A stretch of 64,000 nucleotides of DNA from Octopus vulgaris (lineage: Eukaryota): NCBI GenBank assembly GCA_951406725.2, contig OX597837.1, forward strand, positions 10,726,001 through 10,790,000, in the 5' to 3' direction. Positions 1 through 13,868 of this stretch are shown here, piece by piece. The notes beneath the pieces were generated by a model that had not been told where the DNA came from, ran no database searches, and saw only the letters and a program-made list of their open reading frames with translations. A program made the position numbers and the translations under genes. Each line of letters begins with the position of its first letter. Positions within the stretch are counted from its first letter, which is position 1.

Positions 1-766
1 ATGTATGTATGTATGTATGTATGTATGTATGTATGTATGTATGTATGTATGTATGTATGTATGTATGTATGTATGTATGTATGTATGTATGTATGAATGT
101 ATGTATGCGTGTGTATGTATGTATGTGTGTATGTTGTTCAAATTTACAGAAAACAATGGATGAGGACAGGTGTAGGAACAACAAGCAGATGTGTACGTAT
201 GTATATATATATGCGCGTATGTAGGTATGTACGAGTATGGGTATGTGTGTGTGTGTGTATGCATGCGGGTATGTATACGTGTGAATTCATGTACACACGT
301 TTGCATATACGTTTGTACGTAAGTTTGTATGTATATATATATAGTTCTTTATTACACACAAGGGGCTAAACACAGAGAGGACAAACAAGGACAGACAAAT
401 GAAATAAGTCGATTACATCGACCCCAGTGCGTAACTGGTACTTAATTCATCGACCCCGAAGGGATGAAAGGCAAACGTGAGTACGTTTTGCCTGAGTATA
501 TGCATGTACGCGTGTATGTATGTTTAGATGGATGGATAGATGAGTGGATAGACGGATGGATGGATGGATGAATGGATGGATGGATGTGTATAGGCACCTA
601 TGAGTATGCGTGTTTTGTGTACATGTATACATATTATATATGTATGGACCTATATAGGTAGTGCATAAATATGTATGTACATATAATTGTATGTATGTAT
701 GTATGTATGTATGTATGTGTGTGTGTATACTTGCTCTTTCACTTCCATCCGGTTCGTAGATTCCAT

Positions 767-881
767 ACTTACATACGGTGTCCTGTAGAAATCACAGCGA
801 AAATCGATAGAACAGCTACTGCAGTGCGGTCGATGTAGAGAGAACGGCTTGCGCTGATTGGTTAATAAAAGAGTGACGTCA
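767..881 (-). promoter_or_regulatory. Putative minus-strand promoter and first exon
   Basis: CRE palindrome TGACGTCA at 874-881, NF-Y-type AACCAATCAG (minus) at 854-863, consensus donor GTAAGT (minus) at 767-772, locally CpG-rich. Confidence 0.4.
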
Positions 882-992
882 TCGTCGACTCGCTGTGCCG
901 ACATGTTTAATTCAATCCATGAAAAGCATTATTTTACTGCGTGTGTATGTGTATGCCTGTCTGTGATTGTCTATGCATGCGTGCACGTGTGA

Positions 993-1049
<57 letters not shown>

Positions 1050-1369
1050 TGTAATTGTTAATGTGTGTCAATGTGAGTGTGTGTATATAAGTACGTGTGT
1101 CATAGGGTGTGTACAGGTGTGTGTTTGGTTTTATCTGAAGGAGGCTGTTTGTAAAAGGAGTTGTCTCGTTAAGCGATTTGTAATTACACATAATAATCCA
1201 TGAATTACTGTCCATCCGTGTATTATACATACATATATAGTGAGACGGACAGGCGGAGAGAGAGAGAGAGAGAGAGAGAGAAACAGGGATAGGTATAGAC
1301 AGATCATCACATTAATAGATATTAATAGATAGATAAATAGATAGTGAGAGAGAGAGAGAGAGATAAATT

Positions 1370-1407
<38 letters not shown>

Positions 1408-1415
1408 GATCGATC

Positions 1416-1469
<54 letters not shown>

Positions 1470-1473
1470 GATC

Positions 1474-1521
<48 letters not shown>

Positions 1522-1571
1522 TAGATAGAGATCGATAGATAGATAGATAGAGATCGATAGATAAATTGATT

Positions 1572-1620
<49 letters not shown>

Positions 1621-1724
1621 ATTGATTGATAGATAGATATTCAGCAAATATGCAATTGATATAAAAATATGGATATGACACACGTGTACATGCGTGAGTA
1701 CATACGTACAAACATATATGTATG

Positions 1725-1781
<57 letters not shown>

Positions 1782-2489
1782 TTTATTGAAATGGATAAAT
1801 GAATTATCTTGTTACGGATTATTCAAAATTTAACCGATACCTGGGTAGCAAAAATCACAACAGAAAAAACACGGTTGAGGTTACGACCATGGGGTGTCGC
1901 CACCGTGCCTTATATATATATATACACTCTTTACTCTCTTTTTACTCTTTTTACTTGTTTCAGTCATGTGACTATGGCCATGCAGGAGCACCGCCTTAAG
2001 TCGAGCAAATCAACTCCAGGACTTACTCTTTGTAAGCCTAGTACTTATTCTATCGGCCTATTTTGCCGAACCGCTAAGTTACGGGGACGTAAACACACCA
2101 GCATCGGTTGTCAAAGCAGAAGTTAGACAGTTGCAACCAATAGTGCTCTATTTGGGGAGACATCAATTTGCAGCGGAGTCCCTCCAGGCTCTGTACTGGA
2201 ACATCTACTGCTTGTGATGGATCTCTCAGACATGCCCTCAGCCACTCTCATCAGCTATCACAGGCAGTCATAGAATCTGATGATATATAAAATCTGCAAA
2301 ACGACCTAAAAGCAATATATAGATCGGAATACACAGGGCCAGGGTGCAGTTAGAACCAGTGGGTGATCTGGGAATCCACATGAGTAATGATGCAACATTC
2401 CACGTGCATATTACCGAGATGGCAACGCTATGCAGGCGAGTGGCTGGATGGATTCTGAGAATATTCAGAAGCAGGAAAACGAAACGGAT

Positions 2490-3380
2490 ACCATCACCAC
2501 CACCACAACCATCACCACAACCATCACCACAACCATCACCACAACCATCACCACCACCACCACCACCACCACCACCACCACCACCACTACCACAACCACT
2601 ACCACCACAACCACCACCACCACCACCACAACCACAACCACCACCACCACCACCACCACCACCACCACCACTACCACAACCACTACCACCACAACCACCA
2701 CCACCACCATCACCAGCACCAGCACCAGCACCACCACCACCACCATCACCACAACCACCACCACCACCACTACCACAACCACTACCACCACAACCACCAC
2801 CACCACCATCACCAGCACCAGCACCAGCACCACCACCACCACCATCACCACAACCATCACCACCACCACCACCACCACCACCACCCACCACCACCACCAC
2901 CACCACCACCACCACAACCATCACCACCACCACCACAACCACCACCACCACCATCACCACCACCACAATCATCACCACAACCATCACTACCACAACCACA
3001 ACCACCACCACCACAACCATCACCACAACCATCACCACCACCACCACAACCACCACCACCACTACCACAACCACTACCACCACAACCACCACCACCACCA
3101 CCATCACCACCACTAGCACCAGCAGCACCACCACCACCACAACCACCACCACCACTACCACCACCACCATCACCACCACCACAACCATCACCACAACCAT
3201 CACCACCACCACCACAACCACCATCACCACTACCACAACCACTACCACCACAACCATCACCACCACCACCACAACCACCACCAGCACCAGCAGCAGCACC
3301 ACCAGCACCACCGCCACCACCCCACCGCCACCACCACCACCACAACCACCACCACCACCACAACCACCACCATCACCACA
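2490..3380. repeat. (CCA)n compound trinucleotide expansion
   Basis: Direct inspection. Confidence 0.95.
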
Positions 3381-3624
3381 ATCATCGGTCGTTCGAATTA
3401 CTGCTCAAAATTGTGGTCATCGCAGAGCTCAAGCTAGTGGCAGAACTTGAGACAATACAGAGCCGCTACACAAAAGAAGATTGACTCCGTAAGACAGATA
3501 AGCTACTGGGAGAGACTCAAGGAGCTGAAACTCTAATCCTTAGAGAGAAGGTGTGAAACATATTGTTATATCGCTCGTTCGGATGACCTCTACTTAGCTT
3601 CTGACTTCTAGACTTCTCCCTCTA

Positions 3625-3832
3625 TACTCTTTTTCTCTTTTACTCTTTTACTTGTTTCAGTCATTTGACTGCGGCCATGCTGGAGCACCGCCTTTTAGTC
3701 GAGCAACTAGACCCCAAGGACTTATTCTTTGTAAGCCCAGTACTTATTCTATCGGTCTCCTTTGCCGAACCGCTAAGTGACGGGGGACATAAACACGCCA
3801 GCATCGGTTGTCAAGCAATGCTTGGGGGACAG

Positions 3833-3915
<83 letters not shown>

Positions 3916-4077
3916 TACGACGGGCTTCTTTCAGTTTCCGTCTACCAAATCCACTCACAAGGCATTGGTCGGCCCGGGGCTATAGCAGAAGACACTTGCC
4001 CAAGGTGCCACGCAGTGGGACTGAACCCTGAACCATGTGGTTGGTTAGCAAGCTACTTACCACACAGCCACTCCTGC
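3625..4077 (-). mobile_element. SINE family A (tRNA head, internal microsatellite, 3' part with (AAAGAGT)n tail)
   Basis: A-box TGGCTGTGTGG, B-box GGTTCAGTCCC, CCTTGGGCAAGT core; many near-identical copies in the window. Confidence 0.85.
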
Positions 4078-4618
4078 GGCTATATCTACGTATTGGGCTT
4101 GCCTACCTCATCGCCTGGGGGCGTCGACGCAACAGATATGTAGTGATATACATATGGAAGACCCTGGAAGGTCTAGCTCCCAACTGTGGCTTTAAAAGCT
4201 ATACCAACAACCGAACTGGACGGCGCTGTATAGTACCAAAGATCCTGTATTCTCCATTTCGAATAAGGACCCAGTTCTGTAGCAGCTTTGGTTTCTAGGG
4301 TCCACAACTATTCAATATTCTACCAAACAACCTCAGGGATTCGCGTGGTGTAGATGTGGAAATCTTCGAAGAGCGTGTGGACAAATTTTTTTCTGAAATA
4401 CCAGATGAACCCACATCGGGGCAGGAGGCACAAAGAAGAGCAGCTCCTTACAATACGCTACTTCTCTAGAAACTGAACAGAATAGGGGCCCAATCAGATT
4501 GAAAGGGGGTGCACCAGAATGGCCTCAGTTGGTTGAAACCGGTAAGAGATAAAAGATATATATGTGTGTGAGTATGTGTGCGCGTGAATGTGTGAGTGTG
4601 TGCGTATGTTTTGTGTGT

Positions 4619-4667
<49 letters not shown>

Positions 4668-5140
4668 TCTGTGTACGAATGTATTTGTGAGTTTATGCAT
4701 GCATGACGTATGTATATTTGCATCCATCTTTCTATCCACTCAAGATCGGAAGAAACAATCTCGGTTATCCACTTGGATTTAATTATATAGTACCAGACGC
4801 ACACACACAGACACACACACTTCATGTGTGTGCGTGTGTGAGAGTGTGTGTATATGTATGTGTATGCGTAGTAGGCAATATTCCTTCGTTGTCCAAGATA
4901 CACGATTCGTTTAATGGTCCATTGTATTTCCCAATATGGCATTGTTTCAATATACTTCTGTCTGTAAAATTGTTCTATTGTCGATTAGCAGAGAAAATGA
5001 TGAAGATATACATATACATTTACATACACACGCACGTACATGTGTGTGTATGTACGCATTCGTAGAGAGATAGATAGATAGATAGATAAATGCATACATA
5101 CATGCATACCTATAGATATAGAAATATAAACATACGTACG

Positions 5141-5232
<92 letters not shown>

Positions 5233-5296
5233 TGTATATGTATACATGTATAGCTATCTATCTATATATATGTATATACAAACATATATATACATA

Positions 5297-5337
<41 letters not shown>

Positions 5338-5424
5338 TATACACATATATATGCATATACATACATATATACACATATATATGCATATACGCATATCTAT
5401 CTATATACACACATATATATACAT

Positions 5425-5472
<48 letters not shown>

Positions 5473-5775
5473 CATGTTTATACAGACACACAAACATGCA
5501 TACTTGCATAGGGACATACATGCACACACGTACATACATACATGCATACATACACACGCATACATACATACATACATACATACACACGCATACATACATA
5601 CATACACACGCATACATACATACATACATACATACATACATACATACATACATACATACATACATACATACATACATTGAGTCACTCTGTTACTTCGACG
5701 GAATATTAATCACAACAATACTCTCATATTATGATCTTTATTTTTCTTGTCCGCATAAACATACCTGTACATACG

Positions 5776-5865
<90 letters not shown>

Positions 5866-5885
5866 TAGTTCGCTAATATTTTTAC

Positions 5886-6007
5886 TTCGGAAATGTTCTT
5901 CTTGAGTTTGCGTTGTTTCATCTCCTTCAATCGTTTCAAATGGTTCTTTATCTGAAGAGTCCTCATCTCTCTTTTGATTTGGTCAAACATTGAGAGTAAA
6001 AGTGTCT
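5886..6007 (-). CDS. Possible internal exon of an unidentified minus-strand gene
   Basis: Long polypyrimidine tract plus CAG acceptor; open frame (E)[40 protein letters not shown]; weak donor GAA|GTAAAA. Confidence 0.3.
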
Positions 6008-6414
6008 CTGGTGAAGGGGGAAAAATAAAGAAAGAATGAAAAGAAAAGAAACATAAAACGAAGATAAAGAAAGAAGAAAAAGCTTCTTAGCGATGAAGTG
6101 TTTGGTACGGTTCTTTTGTGGACAGAGTAGCCTCAGGTCAAGCTCTGGTCGAACAGACCGATGTCACCAATGTAGACGGACGAATTATGAAGTGTGTGTG
6201 TGTCAGTGTGTCGGTGTGTACTCTTTTACTTCTTTCAATCATTTGACTGCGGCCATGCTGCAGCAGCGCCTTTTACTCGAATAGGACTTATTCTCTGTAA
6301 GCCCAGTATGTATTCTATCGGTCGCTTTTGCCGAGCCGCTTGGATACGGGGACGTAAACACACCAACCTCGGCTGCTAAGCGATGGTGGGTAGACAAACA
6401 GACACAAATATACA

Positions 6415-6474
<60 letters not shown>

Positions 6475-6524
6475 AAATATTGAGTTTCTAAATCTCTCGT
6501 AGAGAGGTGTACGGTGGTGGAGCG

Positions 6525-6718
6525 ATATAATGGTTGTATACTGTCAATCTAACAAGAACGTGACAGTAGGGGTACACCACCGTTATATAGCCCTAGGAGG
6601 CATCGAACGCCTCCTGTGTCGAAGCTGTCAGGAGGCGTTCGATGCCTCCTAGGGCTATATAACGGTGGTGTACCCCCTACTGTCACGTTCTTGTTAGATT
6701 GACAGTATACAGCCATTA

Positions 6719-6721
<3 letters not shown>
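6525..6721. repeat. ~92-bp-arm near-perfect inverted repeat with 12-nt loop
   Basis: 6525-6616 is the reverse complement of 6629-6721 apart from one indel and one substitution. Confidence 0.9.
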
Positions 6722-6792
<71 letters not shown>

Positions 6793-7768
6793 GTTTGGAT
6801 TGATTATATATATATATATACGTGCATACGACGGGCTTCTTTCAGTTTCCGTCTGCCAAATCCACTCACAAGGCTTTTCTCGATCCGAAGCTATAGATGA
6901 AGACACCCAAGATGCCACGCAGTGGGACTGAATACGGAACCATGTGGTTGGGAAGCAAGCTTCTTACCACACACCCAAGCCTGTCCCTACTTAACTTCTT
7001 CATCCAATCCACCTATCCAGCAAAATCTCACCAAAGTGGGCCCTTATATTACTATGGTGACGTTGGAGCTCTTCATCCTGCAAGGAGTAAGACCCCACAT
7101 CTTCAAAATCCTCTTGGACGCTTAGCGTGACTGATTGTCGCAGTAAATTCAAAGAAATGGGATCATTTCTCAATTAGGATAAGCGGGACCATACTTTTGA
7201 TGATAAGCGGTACTATATAGTAACAGCTCCTCCGTAATAATCATGTTCCTCCGTAATATAAAAATCCTCAGGTCCCCAGAAGATGCAACTGCGGTGGTTA
7301 ATTGAGCTATTTAATTCTTCAATATCCAAACTGGCTATATCTGGGCCCATATTTGACCCAAATATGGTACTTGTTTTAAGTTCAGACCAAGGCGATCAGG
7401 CCTCCCACACATATCCTACAATGTCGTTCTTAAAATAAACAATCAGGAGTGGCTGTTTGGTAAGTAGCTTGTTTACCAACCGCATGGTTCCGGGTTCAGT
7501 CCCACTGCATGACACCTTGGGCAAGTGTCTTCTCCTATAGCCTCGGGCCGACCAAAGCCTTGTGAGTGGATTTGGTAGACGGAAACTGAAAGAACCCGTC
7601 GTATATATGTATATATGTATTTCTTTATTGCCCACAAGGGGCTAAACATAGAGGGGACAAACAAGGACAGATTAAATCGATTACATCACCCCAGTGCGTA
7701 ACTGGTACTTTATTTATCGACCCCGAATGAATGAAAGGCAAAGTCGACATATGTATATATGTGTATAT

Positions 7769-7825
<57 letters not shown>

Positions 7826-8276
7826 GTTTAACGTCCGTTTTCCGTGCTAGAAAATCTATATATATGTATAGTATATATATATATATATGTGTGTGTGTGT
7901 ACGTATTTGTTTATGTATATGTGTGTACGTGTGTGTGTACATGTGTATGTTTGTGTTTGTGTGTGTGTGTGTGTGTTAAAAACTCTGAATGAGAAGGGGA
8001 GATAATCTGAAGCAATTAAGGATTCTCTGAGTCCGACACGAAATAAAAGAAAGAAAGAAAAAAACGAACATCGATTGTCTTTAGACAAACAGGATAAGCA
8101 TTAGACACGCGATGCTATCTTGACCAGGAGTATCCAACCGGTTGCTCTCTCTCTCCCCTAACATGATTCAAGCAAACGTGAGACTTCGGCATAACACAAA
8201 AGGAAACAAAACTGAAAAAAAACAAATTAGAAGCTATTTATGACTTAGGGCAATTTGCATAATTTAAACGAAAATG

Positions 8277-8721
8277 GGATCTTTTCGGTTTGAACGGCAG
8301 TTTTTTCTAGCGGTGTCATATGAAATTGTCACCCATAATTATGACCCTAGAATCGATCTATTGCATTTCAATCTATTTTAGGGATAGGGTTAGTTAGGTT
8401 TAGGGTTAGGGGTGGGGGGAAGGGTATCTATTTTTCTTCACAAATGTAAATAAACCCAATCTGTTTCTTAAACGAGGAACATATTCATACGGCACAGATT
8501 GTTTTGTTTTTTTTACCTCAATAGACGTCATTGATTGGTTGAAATTGCAGAAATTGAAGAAAAAAAAACAACTACAAATATCTTACAAACCATAGAATTT
8601 TCTCAATAAAGCCAAGAGAAAAAGATGTTTTATAAACACATTCTACCAGAATACGAAGTTTAAAATTTTTTTAGTTACCTAGAAATTATGTTAAAAACTG
8701 CCGGTCAAACAGAAAAGATCC
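8277..8721. mobile_element. MITE with ~29-bp TIRs and an internal TTAGGG-like tract
   Basis: ggatcttttcggtttgaacggcagttttt ... aaaaactgccggtcaaacagaaaagatcc; flanks taaacgaaaatg / taaacgaatatg. Confidence 0.8.
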
Positions 8722-9385
8722 TAAACGAATATGAGCTAAAGTATATAAAAAAAAAATCAAAGAAACGAACAATAAACATGAATATCGACAATAAAAAGAA
8801 ATAAAGGTACGAGTGTATCAAACACCATATAAGGAAGTATGGCTCAATAACGTGTTGAGACTTGTTTTGCTAATATAAACGGAATACATAGGATTTAATA
8901 GTCATGTGACTTGCAAAGCTTGCTCATTAATATATATGTATGTATGTTAGGGTGTGAGGTAGCAGGATCGTTAGTACACCGGGCGAAATGCTTCGCGGCA
9001 TTTCGTCTGCCGGTATGTTCTGAGTTCAAATTCCGCCGAGGTCGACTTTGCCTTTCATCCTTTCAGGGTCGATTAAATAAGTACCAGTTACGCACTGGAG
9101 TCGATATAATCGACTTAATCCGTTTGTCTGTCCTTGTTTGTTACCTCTGTGTGTAGGCCCTTGTGGGTAGTAAAGAAATAGGTGAGCTGGCAGAATCGTT
9201 AGCACGCCGGGCGAAATGCTTAGTGGCATTTCGTCGGGTTTTACGGTTTGAGATCAAATTGCGCCGAGGTGGACTTTGCTTTTGATCCTTTCGGGACTCG
9301 ATAAAATAATTAACTGCAGTTAATGTAATCGACTTAACCCCTTCCTTGTGCCCAAATTTATTTGTGTCTATGTGTGTACAGGTGC

Positions 9386-9444
<59 letters not shown>

Positions 9445-9447
<3 letters not shown>

Positions 9448-9798
9448 TTTTATTTGTTTCAATCATTTGATTGTGGCCATGCTGGAGTACCGCCTTTAGT
9501 CGAACGAATCGACCCCAGCACTTATACTGTGTAAGCCTAGTATTTATTCTATCGGTCTCCTTGCCGAACCGCTAAATTACGGCGACATAAACATACCAAA
9601 TTCGGTTGTCAAGCGATGGTGGGAGGACAAACACAGACACACAAAATACACACACACACACATATACATATATATATATATATACGACGGGCTTCTTTCA
9701 GTTTCAGTCTACCAAATCCACTCACAAGGCTTTGGTCGGCCCGAGGCTATAATAGAAGACACTTGCCCAAGGTGCCACGCAGTGGGACTGAACCTGCG

Positions 9799-9800
<2 letters not shown>
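9445..9800 (-). mobile_element. SINE family A
   Basis: Same consensus as 3625-4077. Confidence 0.8.
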
Positions 9801-9894
<94 letters not shown>

Positions 9895-9920
9895 TGTGTG
9901 TGTGTGTGTGAGAGAGAGAG

Positions 9921-10258
9921 AAGGTGCGTGGCTTAGTGGTTAGGGGCATTTGGCTCATGATCGTAAGGTCATGAGTTCGATTACCAGCTGATATGATCAA
10001 CGGAACAGCCTGCTTGTGAAATTAACATACAAGTGGCCGAGCACTCCACAGACCGTAGTTCTCGGGGAGATTCAGCGTGACAGTGTAACAAGGCTGGCCC
10101 TTTGAAATACAGGTACAACTCATGTTTGCCACCTGAGTGGACTGGAGCAACCTGGAATAAAGAATCTTGCTCAAGGACACAACGCGTCGCCGGGAATCGA
10201 ACTCACAACCTTACGATCATGAGCCAAATGCCCCTAACCACTAAGCCACGCACCTTCT
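9921..10258. mobile_element. Two inverted tRNA-like SINE heads (family C), tail to tail
   Basis: ggtgcgtggcttagtggttaggggcatttggctcatgatcgtaagg...gagttcgatt at 9922 and its reverse complement ending ~10257; related copy at ~40905-41110. Confidence 0.75.
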
Positions 10259-10294
<36 letters not shown>

Positions 10295-10300
10295 AACACA

Positions 10301-10330
<30 letters not shown>

Positions 10331-10333
<3 letters not shown>

Positions 10334-10455
10334 GCTTTATTTAAAGCAGCAGAAAATTCAACAAAACCTGTTACTCTGAGTTTCCCGTTGCCGTTCAACG
10401 GGAAACTCAGAGTAACAGGTTTTGTTGAATTTTCTGCTGCTTAAAATAAAGCATA
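10331..10455. repeat. 60-bp-arm inverted repeat with 5-nt loop
   Basis: 10331-10390 vs 10396-10455, one mismatch; arm contains GAAACTCAGAGTAACAG (hammerhead 3' half-like). Confidence 0.9.
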
Positions 10456-10519
10456 TTACTCTACCACTGGTATTTGAGTACTCTTTTTCCACCTTGTTTC
10501 ACATTTATGTGTTTACTCC

Positions 10520-10594
<75 letters not shown>

Positions 10595-11240
10595 GTGTGT
10601 ATGTAAATCTATAATGGGCGAGTGATTAAGTTAATGACTGTAATTACGTGGATCAAGGTCCAGTTCTACTAATGGAACTTCTGGCTAGCGTATTTGGTAA
10701 ATTAGTGAATGAATGTATAAGAGGAGACCAGTGCGAAGTGTATGTGTGTGTGTGTGTGTTTATATATGTATATATATATATATATATATATGTTTGCATA
10801 TACGCCCATAGAAACAGACTATGCACACATTTATGTATATAAGTATGTATGAATATACAGGTGTGTTTGTGATTGTGTTCGTACCCCCGCCTCTCCGCAG
10901 CAACTTGGCAACCATTGATTAGCGTTATGGATATAGTAACAATAAAACCACAAAAATCCCCAAATTACAAGGGTCCAGTCTTCGACGAAAACCCATTCAA
11001 AGATAGTCCCAGCTGACTGAAACAAGTAACAGAATACACAAACACACACACACATACATCCATACACACATACATATATACATACATGCATACATACATA
11101 CATACATAAATACATACACACACATACATACATACATATATATATATACATATGTATGAGTGTGTATGTGTGTGTGTGTTTAGTGTATTTATATGTATAT
11201 ATGCACATACATATGCACAAACATATATACATACACACAC

Positions 11241-11271
<31 letters not shown>

Positions 11272-11672
11272 TGTATGTATGTATGTATATATGTATGTAT
11301 GTATATATGTATATATGTATGTATATATGTATATATGTATGTATATATGTATGTATGTATGCATGGATATATGTATGTATGTATGTATATATGTATGTAT
11401 GTATATATGTATGTATATATGTATGTATGTATGTATATATGTATGTATGCATGGATATATGTATGTTTGTATGTATATATGTACGTATGTATGTTTGTAC
11501 GCATGTATGTATGTATGTATGTATATATGTATGTATGTATGCATGTATGTATGCAAGTATAAATGTATTTCGCACGCGTGGTTGTGTCTGTGTGCTCGCG
11601 TGCGCGTATGCATGTTTGCCTTCGCCTAGAAGTATGTTACCGGTAACAATGACACATACACCCACGCACAAC

Positions 11673-11710
<38 letters not shown>

Positions 11711-11785
11711 AGCATACCCATATACCCATACACACACGTACACGCCAAAACCCAATTTACACGCTGTCATGCCTTCCATTGTATT

Positions 11786-11900
11786 ACTCACCTGCTGAAC
11801 TCATCGCCGGTTTTTGTTCATGTAGCTAATCACATGATCACATGCGGTTGGTCCCGTACGAGACACGTCATCGCTTTTTCGACCAATCGTCATCGGTGAA
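11786..11900 (-). promoter_or_regulatory. Putative minus-strand promoter and first exon
   Basis: Strong donor CAG|GTGAGT (11786-11794 minus), E-boxes TCACATG x2, TGACGTG and a CCAAT at ~11883, CpG-rich. Confidence 0.35.
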
Positions 11901-12384
11901 ATATCGACCCTAATCAGATCATTCGCTTTCGATTACTTCTTTGCCTTTTCAATAATTTTGAGCTTTTTTTTTTTCCGAACCCCAACTCATCCTCAATTTA
12001 AATCAGAACACACACACAAAAATCCCCCCACACACACACACATGCATCAATGAATACACTTCTATATATGCGTAAATATATATATATATATATATATGTT
12101 TTCTTTTATTATTTAAATTCTTCGTCTGAGGAGATGGTTTCTCACAAAATACAAATTTTGGGAATTTACGTATGTATGTATGTATGTATGTATGTGTGCA
12201 CGTATGTATGTATGTATGTATGTATGTATGTATGTATGTATGTATGCACGTATGTATGTGTGTATGTATGTGTGCACGTATGTATGTGTGTATGTATGTA
12301 TGTACGTATGTGTGTATGTACGCATGTATGTGTGTATGTGTGTATATTTGTATGTATGCACGTACGTATGTATGTATGTATGTA

Positions 12385-12419
<35 letters not shown>

Positions 12420-12825
12420 ATGAATGAATGTATGTATGTATATGTATGTACGTTTGTATGTATGCATGTATGTATGCATGTATGTATGTGTGTATGTATG
12501 TATGTACGTATGCCGGCATAAATGTATATATGTATGTATATGTGTATGAAAAATTGCGAACCAGTGAAGCGTAGGAAAGTTCTACTTGTTAAATATACAC
12601 ATGATGTGTATATATATGTATGTGTATACCTGCATGTATGCGTATTTATATGACTATATGAATATATATATAGGTATATGTGTGTCTACATACATGTGTG
12701 TGTGCGAGTGTGCGTGTGTATGTGTGTGTGTGTGTGTGTGTGAGTGCTTGTGTACTTTTAACAGTCCTAAAATTCAAAGACATATGACCGAGGCAGGAAT
12801 ACACACATTTATCTACTCTCTCCCC

Positions 12826-12882
<57 letters not shown>

Positions 12883-13236
12883 CCCAGCTGTCTCACATAA
12901 AAATGAATGATTTTGTATTAAAACTGGATTATCGATATTTGCTTTCATTGATATATTTCTGGGCAGGCATTGTTGCATCAACAGTGCTTTTGAACTGTTG
13001 ATGCACACGCACACACAGACAAACACACGCACACACACACACACGTATATATATATACACGTGCACGCATATCTATCTATCTATCAATCTATCTCCCTGT
13101 CTATCTATATATGTATGTGTGTGTATGTGTATGCGTGTTTGTTTGCGTATGTGTATGCATGCGTGTGAATCTTTGTATGTATATATATATACATATATAT
13201 GTATATATGTATGTATATATATACATACATACATAC

Positions 13237-13278
<42 letters not shown>

Positions 13279-13417
13279 ACGTACGTGTGTATTTATGTAT
13301 ATATATTTATACACATACATATACACACCTTTATGAATAAGTGTATATAAGTATATGTGCACATATACATATATGTATTTATATATATATATATATGTGT
13401 ATGTATGTGTATGTATA

Positions 13418-13583
13418 GGCGCAGGAGTGGCTGTGTGGTAAGTAGCTTGTTTACCAAACCACATGGTTTCGGGTTCAGTCCCACTGCGTGGCACCTTGGG
13501 CAAGTGTCTTCTACTATAGCCTCGGGCCGACCAAAGCCTTGTGAGTGGATTTGGTTGACGGAAACTGAAAGAAGCCCGTCGTA

Positions 13584-13679
<96 letters not shown>

Positions 13680-13868
13680 TGTGTGTGTTTGTGTATCTGT
13701 GTTTGTCTCCCTAGCATTGCTTGACAACCGATGCTGGTGTGCTTATGTCCCCGTTAATTAACGGTTCGGCAAAAGAGACCGATAGAATAAGTCCCGGTAT
13801 CGAGTTGCTCGATTAAAGGCGGTGCTCCAGCATGGCCGCAGTCAAATGACTGAAACAAGTAAAAGAGT
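13418..13868 (+). mobile_element. SINE family A, near full length
   Basis: ggcgcaggagtggctgtgtgg ... gactgaaacaagtaaaagagt. Confidence 0.85.

Larger units (their letters stand above)
2130..4470 (+). mobile_element. Degenerate CR1/L2-group LINE ORF2 (RT, C-terminal part) split by a (CCA)n expansion and a SINE
   Basis: SGVPPGSVL (~2170), DLGIHMSNDATFHVHITEMATLCRRVAGWILRIFRSR (2365-2475), SYWERLKELKL*SLERR (~3500), RYVVIYIWKTLEGLAPN (~4135); frameshifts and stops. Confidence 0.85.

Noticed and set aside
2344-3450. 368-aa Pro/Thr-rich mucin-like ORF
   Set aside because: It is a (CCA)n expansion inside a decayed LINE; the unique ends translate to reverse-transcriptase C-terminal motifs.
9921-9990. 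tRNA gene
   Set aside because: The tRNA-like head continues into SINE body sequence, occurs in several copies and lacks a complete acceptor stem.
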